A stretch of 63,341 bases of DNA, filler included, from Octopus bimaculoides (lineage: Eukaryota), in the NCBI RefSeq assembly GCF_001194135.2. It is 6 parts of 5 records of this genome, joined end to end, with 100 filler letters (N's around TTAATTAATTAA, not from the genome) between each part and the next. Parts side by side here need not be neighbours in the genome. Positions count along the whole stretch, not along the records: positions 28,674 to 39,874 come from NC_068981.1; positions 39,975 to 50,232 come from NC_068990.1; positions 50,333 to 55,776 come from NC_068981.1; 3 more parts are not named here. One strand, given 5' to 3'. Shown one piece after another: positions 39,705-51,567 of the stretch. The position numbers were made by a program, and so were the translations under genes. Within the stretch, counting starts at the first letter, position 1; each line of letters begins with the position of its first letter. The notes beneath the pieces were generated by a model. It was not told the origin of the DNA, ran no database searches, and saw nothing but the letters and a program-made list of their open reading frames with translations.

Positions 39705-39873
39705 AAGGCTGAAAAAACATCACAAAAAATAACAAAAATCTGCTATCTGCTATGTTCGTTGGACAGTTTTCATCGATAAAATTAACATTCTAGAATCAAA
39801 ACTGTCCGACGAAAGGGGGCGTGGAACGCTGAGTATCAATTTATTGTGATTTTTGTGATGTTTTTGCAGCTTC
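39705..39873. repeat. Nested inverted-repeat (MITE-like) element
   Basis: Outer arms at 39708-39728/39850-39870 (21 bp, 1 mismatch); inner arms at 39755-39770/39798-39813 (16 bp, 1 mismatch). Confidence 0.7.
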
Positions 39874-41469
39874 ANNNNNNNNNNNNNNNNNNNNNNNNNN
39901 NNNNNNNNNNNNNNNNNNTTAATTAATTAANNNNNNNNNNNNNNNNNNNNNNNNNNNNNNNNNNNNNNNNNNNNGTGTGTGTATACATACATATACGTAT
40001 ATACGTACACACTCACACACAAACACACACACCTATGTATATATAATACATCGATACAAGTATGTACACACATATGCATATGTGTGTATATAGATATGTA
40101 TGTAATGCATATATATGTGCATTATGTATGTGTGTATGCATTGTTATGTAAATGTGTGTGTGTGTACGCGTGCGCGCGTGAAACTGCTTTACTCGGTTCT
40201 CTATCGTCTCAATTTTCCATTGCTTGATCTTTTGATATTGACTGGTACACACACACACACACAGACACACACACACACACACACACACATTCTCCCATAC
40301 AAACATATACACTGACGTATGAATGAATGTATGTATATTTGAGTATGTGTGTGCGCGTATGTCCATGCGTGTGTGTGTGTACGCGCGTGTGTGTATGCTT
40401 CCGTGTTTGTGTATATATTGTATAGTTGCATGTATGTACGTGTGTTTGTATGTATGTTTGTATGTATGCGTGTATGCGTTGGCGTGTGTGTATGTTTGTG
40501 AGTGCAAATATGAAATAGCGTCAGATAAGAGAGATCAATATAGCCATTGATGCATGTTGGAATAGACTAATGAAATGTTCCACACGGCTTGTGAGAGAAA
40601 GAGTGGGAGGGGAGAGGCGGAGTGGGAGGTGGGTTAGGGAGTGGGAGAGGATAGACGAAGTAGGAGGCAGGGAGGGAGTGGAAGGGGACTGAAAGAGAGA
40701 GAGAGAGAGAGAGAGAGAGATTCATACCTGCGCTATATGAAACCAGATGTTAGTATTTTTAACCCAAAGAAGAGATAGTACTCAATACACAACTTAGAGT
40801 TCACATACATACATACATACAGACAGACAGACAGACAGATAGATAGATAGATATAGATAGAAAGATGTGCATATGTGTACGTATGCATATATGTATAAAT
40901 ACATATATAAAATGAATATATATATATANNNNNNNNNNNNNNNNNNNNNNNNNNNNNNNNNNNNNNNNNNNNNNNNNNNNNNNNNNNNNNNNNNNNNNNN
41001 NNNNNNNNNNNNNNNNNNNNNNNNNNNNNNNNNNNNNNNNNNNNNNNNNNNNNNNNNNNNNNNNNNNNNNNNNNNNNNNNNNNNNNNNNNNNNNNNNNNN
41101 NNNNNNNNNNNNNNNNNNNNNNNNNNNNNNNNNNNNNNNNNNNNNNTATATATATATATATATATATATGCGAGTAAAAATAAATACAAAAAAAGGGGTT
41201 TTTTTGTATGATTGTGTATAGAGGAATATATTATTTTGTTTAAAAGAGTTCCAACACTGTCTGTTTTTTATGTTTTATTTATATTCCTTGTGGTATTTCA
41301 TATTTTCTATAATTTGTAGTATTTTATCATGGCCGGTATGACAGACTTTAACATATATATATGGGAGAATTTACGAAAAAAACAACAACAGACGAGGACA
41401 GGTGGTACAAACAAACAGAAAGGCAGGTAGGCAGACCGCAAGACAAGTAAGTAGACTGACAGTTGATTG

Positions 41470-41755
41470 AAGCTTTGTGGAATTAACATTATGGATGTCA
41501 GCCACATCATAAAGTAGCTGTCCGAAAATGTCATCAGTGTATGACCTATCTAAGAGATACAATGTCGTGGCTAGATTACATAATGAAATTTGAAACGCGG
41601 AGGTACAATGTAAGAAGCCATAGTGACGTGGAGGTTATAAACCACACGTAATATTAAAGAATACTGATCGAATATTCCTGTCAAAACTTCAATAAAATGT
41701 AAGCAATAACAGATCAGAAACAATGATCAGTTACCCAGTAGCTGATGCCAATATA
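41470..41755 (+). pseudogene. CCHC/RLE-region fragment of an RLE non-LTR element
   Basis: KLCGINIMDVSHII/SSCPKMSSVYDLSKRYNVVARL (C..C...H....C finger plus an RHD.VA-like motif), then NNRSETMI..ISYPVAD (a decayed NRPD..E.S.P.D motif). Confidence 0.65.
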
Positions 41756-41973
41756 ATATTGATTTCAAATTTTGGCACAAGGCCAGCAATTCTAATGGTG
41801 GGGATAAGTCGATTACATTGCCTCCAGTGCTCAACTGGTACTTATTGTATCGAATCCCGAAAGGGTGAAAATCAAAGTTGACCTCAATGGAATTTGAACT
41901 CAGAACGTAAAGACGGACAAAACGCTGCTAAGCATTTTGTCCGGTGTCCTAACGATTTCGCCAGTTCGCCGTC
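41756..41973 (-). mobile_element. Family C (Nin-like) SINE, full length
   Basis: TTTCAAATTTTGGCACAAGGCCAGCAATT...TAAGTCGATTACAT...GGAATTTGAACTCAGAACGTAAAGACGGAC...CGCCAGTTCGCCG. Confidence 0.9.
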
Positions 41974-42214
41974 TTAGACGTCAACATCATATTAAAGTTT
42001 GGTGGAAGAGAAAATATCTGTGCTGAATTGAGGAGGAATCTGCAGTTAGTCCAACCGGACCATAATTTGAGATTTCTACCAATATTTATTGGAACACTTA
42101 CTTGGTGCCAGATTCACCGTCCCAGCATCAATTTTGAGAAACCGCGTTTCGCAAAATGAGAAAGAATACGCCTAATCAAATACTGCTACAATCTATCGCA
42201 GGCATTGCAAAAAT

Positions 42215-42647
42215 AGGTGGCTTGATCAATAAGTATCCGGACTGCTGCCATAGTAAAGGAGCTAAAGTACGCAGAGTGAAGCCGCTTGCTACAGATTGAA
42301 CTTCAGCTCTAGTGTGCAGGCATACTAAGCTTTAACCTTCTAGCTCACTTGCACTGTTTACAGTAGTGTTTGGGTCGAAGCTGTGTAATGTGTGATCATC
42401 GCATTGACCATGACAGAGAAAGTTGAGCAGAGAATCTGCATTAAAATTTGTCAATAGCTTGGCGATACCTGCTCAGAGGCCTATGCAAATCTTTCAAAAA
42501 GTTTCCATCATTCTCGACACAACCAAGGAGCTTGTGCAACGGAAACCCGGGTGTCTTTTTGGTCAGCTGAAAGCAGTTGCGGCACAAACTTGGTAGACAC
42601 GCGTCTCATACCCAAATCTTCAGCGATAATGGACTGAACTGAACCGT
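42215..42647. mobile_element. Rearranged mariner relic: TIR and N-terminus on +, internal segment on -
   Basis: On +: TGATCAATAAGTATCCGGACT (TIR-like) and ATG 42410 MTEKVEQRICIKICQ*LGDTCSEAY. On -: 42646-42492 gives SVQSIIAEDLGMRRVSTKFVPQLLSADQKDTRVSVAQ..ENDGNFLK. Confidence 0.85.
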
Positions 42648-43904
42648 GAGTTATTAGAGGATCTGCACATGTGTTTCTTTTGTTGAACGGTGAAACTTGA
42701 AGTAGATAGAGCTATAAATAATAGCTTGTAAATATCGAGTTAAAAACCTCAATAAAACCCTTTAGATAAAAAAAAAATGGAAGTTTGCTTGTGGGAGTCC
42801 TCAACTATAAACATAGAAGAAAAAAACCTTCGACTTTATCTGCCCAAAAGGGTTTTTTTTTCCACCCCAATATTTACACGCTATTATTTATAGCTTTATT
42901 TGCTTCGAGATCCACCGTTCCTCTTAAAAAAAGACACACATACATACACGCGCGCGTACATCTTGATATCAATAAAAACAGAACAGTCAAGTTGCTGTGG
43001 TGAGTGGAAAGTCCAACGTTTCGGACAGAGTTTTCTTCAGGGTAAAGTTAACAGGAAAGGATCGAATGATACAACAGTTTTACATCCTCTTACTTAGAAA
43101 GACTGACTGCAGCCGATAAGGAATGCAGGACAACTGGAACTTCATACGTGAACAAGAAATAAGTGAGAGAATAAAACTCTAATATTTTTAGAGATTTAAT
43201 GTTTTTGCAAGAAATTCCGCTAATTTAATTGTTTCCGGAAATTGGATATTTCGAATATGTAAACTGCGATTATTTCAGAATACCTCTTTATGATTCTAAC
43301 GTTTGGAAGGAATTTCATTCACCACAGTTGAAATAATTTGTCTACGAACTACGGCGTCGAATGATTAGAGATAGTCTGGTTGAAAAACTCATACATTATA
43401 CAGCTTCGTAATCGAATATTAGTATTTAAATATGCATACACACATATTTATTAGCGTAATAAATTAACGAAAGAATAAATAAATAAATGAATGAATGAAA
43501 ATAGATATCTTAATAAATCAGTATTAACAGATTACAATAAAATGGAACCTGCAGTTTATGAGCGATACACTTGCAGATCTACCGCTAAACATGTGGAGAC
43601 TCAAAAGTAGTACTTGAAAGCGTAATATTTATGTGTATATTTGCACAAAAAAAATTCTATTCTCTTTCTCCCCCATATCTCTCTGTCTCTGTCTCTGTTT
43701 CTGCTTGTCTGTTCTACCTCCTCTCTCTCTCTCTCCCCCCCCTCTCTCTCTCTCTTATAAAATTCATCAATGTTTAAATTTTTGATCTGCCATATTCATT
43801 CAGCTTACGAAATCGAGTGCACTCACATTAGCTTTTTAAAGCAGTTGTACGTGTTTTAAAAACATTAAGAAAAACAACAACAACATGCGCCAATATGTTT
43901 CTTA

Positions 43905-44104
43905 GTCCATGCTCAGGGAAAATGCTAAGGAGCATTTCGTCCGTCTTTACGTTCTGAATCCAAATTTCGCCGATGTTGACTTTGCCTGTCACCCTTTCCG
44001 GGTCGACAAAATAAGTATCAGTTCATTAACGGGAACGATGTAATCGGCTTAGATCCTCCCCTGACATTGCTAGCCTTGTGCCAAAAGTAGAAACCAATAT
44101 TATT
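43905..44104 (+). mobile_element. Family C (Nin-like) SINE, 5'-degenerate
   Basis: AAAATGCTAAGGAGCATTTCGTCCGTCTTTACGTTCTGAATCCAAATTTCGCCGATGTTGACTTTGCC...GGGTCGACAAAATAAGTATCAG...GCCTTGTGCCAAAA. Confidence 0.85.
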
Positions 44105-44249
44105 GACATTTACCGTTTAAACAAGGAAACATTATGATTCCTACAATCACTCATTTTGTTTATTATTAGTTGTTCTTTTGGGTTGATTGTTATTCATATT
44201 TTGTCTATTGTTGAATTTCGATTTTCGTATTTTAATCTTTTTTCATCAT

Positions 44250-44584
44250 TTTACTTGTTTAAGTCATTTGAGTGCGGCCATGCTAGGGCATCGCTTTGAC
44301 GTGTTTTAGTCGAACGAATCGACCCTAGGATTTTTTTTAAAACCTTGTACTTATTCTATCGGTCCTTTCTGCTGACCCGTTAAGGTACATACGAACACCA
44401 GTTGCCAAACGACGATGGTGGACAAACACAGACACAAAGGTACCTCCTCCATGTGTGTGTGTGTGACGGGTTTCTTTCAGTTTCCGTCTTCTTAATCCAC
44501 TCACAAGGCGACACGTGATGGGACTGAATCCGGAACTATATGGTTGGAAAGTAAGTTTCTTACCATACACCCACGCCTGTGCCT
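44250..44584 (-). mobile_element. Family A SINE with an internal deletion in the CORE-like part
   Basis: Both modules are present around a (GT)n tract; ~45 nt between CACAAGGC and ACACG are missing relative to the other copies. Confidence 0.85.
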
Positions 44585-44599
44585 ACATACATACATACA

Positions 44600-44632
<33 letters not shown>

Positions 44633-44753
44633 TAGAGGGAAAAGGACAACAAAAACGAAGGGAGGACGTGTATCTCAAGTCATTTAGAATATTTAATTAG
44701 AGTAAGGTGAATCTGAAGTAATTAATTAATTAATTAATTAATTAATTAATAGA

Positions 44754-44830
44754 TGCTTACAGCCGTTTCTGGGGTATCCCACGTGATAGGTTAGCACCTC
44801 CATACAGTGGGTATTCCGTCATCAGAGACA
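44754..44830 (-). ncRNA. Minimal type I hammerhead ribozyme motif (Penelope/retrozyme type), probably decayed
   Basis: Minus strand: TGTCT-CTGATGA-[long stem II, CCCAC...GTGGG]-GAAAC-GGCT-GTA-AGCA. The catalytic core is intact. Stem III is a 4-nt near-palindrome. Stem I (TGTCT/AG-CA) has a 1-nt deletion. Confidence 0.6.
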
Positions 44831-44863
44831 AAGTAGGTATGTATGAAAGTTCTAGACAGGGAA

Positions 44864-44950
<87 letters not shown>

Positions 44951-45486
44951 GCATGTATGTAATATATATATACTTCCTTTTTGTATTTCGTTTGCAAGAT
45001 TTTTTTAATGTGAATTTGTGTGTTGAAGCAAATCCTGTGTCTATAATATATATAAGTACACATATGAGTGTGTCTGTGTGTCTGAATCTGTGTGTCCATG
45101 TATGTGTGAATGCAAATGAAAAAGTAGAAAATATCAATAGTTCATACCCTCATAGCAGTATAATCTCAAACAGCCATAGGTCCGTACTGTAGGATCACAT
45201 TCATAATCTGATTTATGATAGCCTGTCTATGAATCATCACTTTAGGTACCTACAGTTGGATTTTAACACGAGCACGTTTATCGGTCACGAAAAGTCAAAA
45301 TCCAACATTTAACAAAATATGAATAATGATCAATCCCAATAGAATTTCTAACAACAAGCTTGAAATGAGGGATTGTACGAATCGCAGTTTGCTTGTTGAA
45401 AATGGTAAACGTCAACCATATTGTATATAAATGGAGGCTAATTACACGGGAACGCACTAAGAAAAACATTGGATCATCAATTGTCT

Positions 45487-45695
45487 TTTACATGTTTCAG
45501 TCATTACATTGCGACCATGCTGGGGCACCGCCTTGAAGAATTTTTAGTCAAATGAATCGACCCCCAAACCTTTTTTTTTCTAAGCCTGGTACTTATTCTT
45601 TTGGTGTCTTTTGCTGAACTCCTAAGTTACGGCGATGCAAACACAACAAGAGGTGGCGAGTGACAAACACAGGCTCAAAGAAACACACACACATT

Positions 45696-45764
<69 letters not shown>

Positions 45765-45790
45765 AAAAGAGAGAGAAAGTGTGTGTGTGA

Positions 45791-45821
<31 letters not shown>

Positions 45822-45964
45822 ATGGGCTTTCAGTTTTCTACCAAATCCATTCACAAAGTTTTGGCCGGCACTTTTCCAAGGTGCCACGCAGTGGGAATGA
45901 ACCCAAAACCATGTGGTCTTGTGAATGGGAAGTAAGCTGCTTACCATACAGCCATGCCTCCGCT
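45487..45964 (-). mobile_element. Family A SINE, full length, with an internal (GT)n(GA)n(GT)n expansion
   Basis: 3' module at 45487-45690; ~130 bp compound microsatellite; 5' module at 45820-45964 with CCAAGGTGCCACGCAGTGGGAATGAACCC. Confidence 0.88.
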
Positions 45965-46447
45965 TATATGCTTTTTTTTTTTAAGTGCTTATGCACATGT
46001 GTACCTGTTTATGTGTACCTGGTACACTCGATTTCATTAGCTGAATACGTTTGGCAGATCATAAAAATTAAGCATTGATTGTAAATTACACTGGGACATC
46101 GTAAAATTCGCAACGCAATATACGGGAGAACTGAGGGCTTGTTGAGAATGTTGCTAGAAGGCAATAGAAATTTTTCTTTCTTATTCATCAACTCTCAATA
46201 AATTGCAACGCGCAAATATTTAATCGCAATCACAACATTCATGACAGGATTCGAGATGACATTTAAACTTGCATTTCCGATACCAGGCTAGGGTCTATTT
46301 GTGCTGTTACCAATTAAATACGATTTTATATCTTTCAAAATCTTTTCTGTTCTTTAAATGTTAACAATCACTGAAATTTTATATTATAGCGAAATACTCA
46401 TAAAACATATATTAGATTTCCTTACTGAATGTGTATGTGCGCATATA

Positions 46448-47023
46448 CTCTTTACTCTTTTACTCTTTTACTTGTTTCAGTCATTTTGACTGCGGCCATG
46501 CTGGAGCATCACCTTTAGTCGACAAATCGACCCCAGGACTTATTCTTTTGAAACATAGTGCTTATTCTATCGATCTCTTTTGCCGAACCGCTAAGTTACG
46601 GGGACGTAAACACCACCATCAGTTGTCAAGTGATGTTGGGGAGATAAACACAGACACACAAACATATACACACACATACATATANNNNNNNNNNNNNNNN
46701 NNNNNNNNNNNNNNNNNNNNNNNNNNNNNNNNNNNNNNNNNNNNNNNNNNNNNNNNNNNNNNNNNNNNNNNNNNNNNNNNNNNNNNNNNNNNNNNNNNNN
46801 NNNNNNNNNNNTATATATATATATATATATATATATAGATAGATAGATAGATAGATATACGACGGGCTTCTTTCAGTTTCCGTCTACCAAATCCACTCAC
46901 AGGGCTTTGGTCGGCTCGAGGATATAGTAGAAGACACTTGCCCAAGGTGCCACGCAGTGGGAATGAACCCGGAACCATGTGGTTGGTAAGCAAGCTACTT
47001 ACCACACAGCCACTCCTGCGCCT
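46448..47023 (-). mobile_element. Family A SINE, full length and well preserved, spanning a gap
   Basis: (AAAAGAGT)n tail, 3' module, internal (TA)n/(GATA)n across gap 46685-46811, and a 5' module ending AGGCGCAGGAGTGGCTGTGTGG on the minus strand. Confidence 0.92.
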
Positions 47024-47904
47024 ATATGAATAGTTTTTAAAATATATATATCTGCTCCTATATATGCACATGTATGTGTGTATATATTTAAGTCTATACA
47101 TGTGTATATATCTGTATTTGGGTCTATATATATGTATATATCTGTATGTGTGTGTGTGTGCGTCTGTACATATTTGGAACTATGTATGTTTATACCTCTA
47201 TATGCATGTATGTGTGTATATATTTGAAGCTATATATATGTATATATCTATACGCGTATATATATTGTGTGCGTTTATCTCTGTGTGTGTGTGTGTGTGT
47301 GTGTGCGTACGTGCACGCGCGTATCTACTTTCATGTCTGTGTGTTCACTGTTATGTGTACTGGTTTGTGTGTAGACATATATCAGGATGTTAGAATTATA
47401 TAGGTTATCTTTCTATGCATGCACACATACACACAAACACACACGCACACACACACATACACACACATACACACAAGTACAAATAGATATACACTTGTAT
47501 GCATCTATGTATGCATGTATATGTATCTATATATATATGCATACGTATATGCTTTTCTACATCTTTATAGCGTGCGAGCACGCGCGCGCGCATGTGTGTG
47601 TGTGTGTGTGTGTATGTGTGTGTGAGTATATCTCGGCGTATACAGGCGTTTGCGTTGTGTCCTGGTGATGACGCAAGGCGGATGCTGGCTGTAGTATACT
47701 CAGCTATTCATACGATTCTTTCAATATTTCTCCATTTCGCGAATCCTGATATTGAAAAAGATCTTATCAGTTAATTTCTAAGGTCTACATGGTTAAGAAC
47801 AGATTTTAATAGGTCGTAAATCTAAGAGCACACATCTGTCTATTTCTGTCAGCTTGTCTGCTCGTCTTCTATGCACATTGCATCATGCTTGCAAACGGCC
47901 TTTA

Positions 47905-48450
<546 letters not shown>

Positions 48451-48458
48451 CCAATATA

Positions 48459-48636
48459 GGCATAAAGCTTGAAATTTTAAGCGATGAGTAACTGAGTAAT
48501 GAACCCAGGGCTTAACTGGTACGAGCTCAGAATAATGAAAAGCAAAGTCGACCTCGGCAGAATTTGAATTCACAACGTAAAACCAGAAAAAATGCTGGTA
48601 AGCATCTCGTCCGACGTGCTAACGATTCTGGCAGCC
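48459..48636 (-). mobile_element. Family C SINE, degenerate
   Basis: GCAAAGTCGACCTCGGCAGAATTTGAATTCACAACGTAAA...CGTGCTAACGATTCTGGCAGC. Confidence 0.8.
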
Positions 48637-48997
48637 TTTGTTTACATATAATACATACATACATTCCCAAATCACTGAGAATGGGCCAAAATCTGCCAGA
48701 AGCAGCGTAAAAGATAATGTAAACAAACCTCTGCTTCCGCCATCTCTAAATTCGAGTGTCTCATCAAATTTAGTTCACTCAGTAGCGAAGACTGCGGAAA
48801 TACATCCAACTCAAAAACATTTTAAAATTGCAATTCGCAAAAAGATTTGTTAGTTCCTCGAAGCTTTCGTTGAGCAACAGACCATTCCCAACAAGAGTGA
48901 GAATGAATCCGACCTATCTAATGCTTAAAGTTATCAACGATGTCGCCGGAGAGCACATGGAATCATGTGATGTTAATTGCTGGAATATAAATACTCT

Positions 48998-49810
48998 TGT
49001 AAGGACCGTGCAACCAGGAGATGGTGACGAGGAATGGTCCCTTTAGCGCATCGCACGGTCGATACAAATAAAAAACATGAAAAGCGGTTAAATGGGTATA
49101 AGTGCCAAAAAGGAAAAGAGAGACACAACCGGTAGAAGGTTTAAGAGAAGGTTTTATTGATATGTCAACTTGTGTGTCTGTGTGTGTGAGCGCGACATAA
49201 TAAACACAATAATAGACAGGCCGTCATGCAAACAAAGTGTATGTGTATACAAACATGGATGTATGTGTGTAAGAGAAATACAGAGCATAGAAAAGAGTAC
49301 AAGGACATTAGAAGAAAGTCCAGACACAAGGATGGTAAATACCAGTTCATAGTCAAGGTACACAGTGGTTGAGGTACTGTATCGAGAAGTTGTGGCGGCA
49401 AGGCAGAGCCGAGAAAAGATACTGTCGCACGAGAAGTTGAGGCTTCGATGCCGTGGCCGGTTACTTGATACAGGAGGCCTCGCAGGTTGTACTCGCTGTT
49501 AACCATGGTGAAGCAATTCACAAACAGTGTTGAGAGAACCTGTGTGGGTGCTGTTGGTGGTGTGTACGTAGAGACGTCGGTGTAGACGCTAAGAAGCTGG
49601 CGGTGGCGATGAAAAAGGAGTTTGCAGTAAGCTGTTGAACGAAGTGTTGGATCTTCATGAAGCTGTTTCGTGTCGTCGCTGGAACTGGCTGTGTGCTCTG
49701 TGGCCAGCGGCTAGACCTCAGAAGGTCTGGAGCAGACTGGCAACCGGGACGGTGAAAAGCTATTTATAAGATACTATCGGCTCAAACAGGGGTTCAGAAA
49801 GACTGTCCCA
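48998..49810 (-). mobile_element. Solo-LTR-like element (related copy at 60851-61384)
   Basis: The end reads TGTAAGG on + (...CCTTACA on -). On the minus strand there is a TATAAATA box (~49760-49770) and AATAAA (49153-49158). Blocks GACCGTGC, ATGGTGACGA, GACAGGCCGTCAT and GAGGC.TCGATGCC are shared with the second copy. No TSD was found and the right end is uncertain. Confidence 0.5.
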
Positions 49811-49813
49811 TGC

Positions 49814-49894
49814 GACCTTATAATTGGAGCACTAGGTTTTGTTAGTAAATGCTTAAAGGAGAATCTGGATAGACCGGGATTTTCAGAAAGATAA
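49814..49894 (+). pseudogene. C-terminal scrap of an RLE non-LTR ORF
   Basis: LIIGALGFVSKCLKENLDRPGFS matches the P.IIGALG motif at the C-terminus of R2/R4/NeSL-type ORFs. Confidence 0.6.
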
Positions 49895-49948
49895 ACCGAC
49901 CGGTTTAAAAACAATATTGATAACCATGAGGATAATAATAAGGATAAT

Positions 49949-50174
49949 AAAATCTGGCTCATAATCCCATTTAGGAGGAATATCAGGAGTAATCTGATAG
50001 CTAAGTTTAGAGAAGTGATAGGTAGACACTTCCCAAGGAGCTCACACTATGGTAAGATTATAAACACACATATAATCAAATTTGGATTTTCAAATACTAG
50101 GAACATAGCACAGATAATAGCAGCACATAACCTTAAAATACTTAAGTCTAAAGAAACAGGTAGGAATGAGAATT

Positions 50175-50175
<1 letters not shown>
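49949..50175 (+). pseudogene. Penelope-like element ORF fragment (RT-GIY-YIG linker)
   Basis: KIWLIIPFRRNIRSNLIAKFREVIGRHFPRSSHYGKIINTHIIKFGFSNTRNIAQIIAAHNLKIL resembles the W..PF..N...KF...I..HFP......I.N....K..YS...N...II..HN.KIL signature. It ends in (AAT)n and a scaffold join. Confidence 0.75.
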
Positions 50176-50232
<57 letters not shown>

Positions 50233-50332
50233 NNNNNNNNNNNNNNNNNNNNNNNNNNNNNNNNNNNNNNNNNNNNTTAATTAATTAANNNNNNNNNNNN
50301 NNNNNNNNNNNNNNNNNNNNNNNNNNNNNNNN

Positions 50333-51567
50333 ATATAGCTAATCTTCAGGTCAAAATACTTATTATATTAAAATAGAAAAATGTTAAACGATATTATTAA
50401 AAAGAAATTTAATACTAATCTTAACGAAAATTATAAGCGTGACATTATTTTCATAAAATTAATAATATAAATATTTTAATTAAATAATTTAATTATAGTA
50501 TTTTAGCTTATTTCATATATATTATTTAAGTTATGTTTCTTAGTCTTATTCTTTAGACTCTATAATTACTTAGATTTTAACGTTCCATAAAATGTCTACA
50601 ATATAGTTAATTGTTTTATTATGATTTAAGTTATATAAATTTTAATTTTCATTCATGATTTTATAAATAAAACTTTCATTCATGTTTTTATATCTTTTTA
50701 TTCTATTACTTTTCTTTACGCAATATCTTCACGCGACTTCTTTCTAATAAACGCTTTGTTATTACTTTAACGTTGAGATAAGTATTGCTTTTATCTTCAT
50801 TAATATTGTTAAATGATTTTTTATCATTGATTGGAAAAATATGTATTTTTATATTAATTCAATTGATATTTAATGTTAGCCGATACCTTATTTAACACTA
50901 AGTTAATATTTTAAAGTTTATCATTTTAGTTTAAACCAAAACTTCGATTAGATTATTGTTGCATTTTTCCAATAATATTGTTTAATATTTCGTTTTGATT
51001 TATGGGATAAATAAGTAGTTTTTTATATAATTTCTTTGATCATTAGTTAATATTCTAATTAATATTAAGTCAATAGTACAACATTTAAAATTTTATTTAG
51101 ACTGAAGATTTGATTAGATAGATTTTGTATTTCCTTTCAATAATTTTGTTAAATGTTTTTTTCTTTTATTTAATGGTGATATAATTATTTTTATACAAAT
51201 TAATTTATATGAATTAATTTTTTGTTAGTCTATATTAAAATTAAAGTTATTTATTTTACGTTTATAATTTTAGTTTAACCTAAAACTTCGTTTAAATTGT
51301 ATTTTAAATGAAAGATTCGCTACGATAAGATTTGCATTTGACATTTCTTTTATTTTATATTCTAATAAACGTAAAGTTAATAATGTCTCGTTTATAATTT
51401 TCGATAAAACTAGTATTAAATTTCTTTTTAATAATATTGTTTAGCATTTTTCTATTTTAATATAAGTATTTTTATATGCATTCATTTTTTATTTATTGTT
51501 GGTTGATATATACAGTCCTTTTATTATTATTATTATTGTTGCATTTTGACCTGAAGATTAGCTATAT
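50333..51567. mobile_element. AT-rich foldback/MITE-like element with long, interrupted TIRs
   Basis: ATATAGCTAATCTTCAGGTCAAAAT (50333-50357) is the exact reverse complement of 51543-51567. A further ~90 bp (50356-50445) matches the reverse complement of ~51380-51470. Internal subrepeats AAGTTA...GTTTAT.ATTTT occur three times. Confidence 0.75.

Noticed and set aside
43005-43050. Minus-strand CTGAAGA...GAAACGTT, resembling a Penelope pLTR hammerhead
   Set aside because: The 11 nt between the core motifs cannot form stem II, and there is no NUH with a matching stem I. At most a dead relic.
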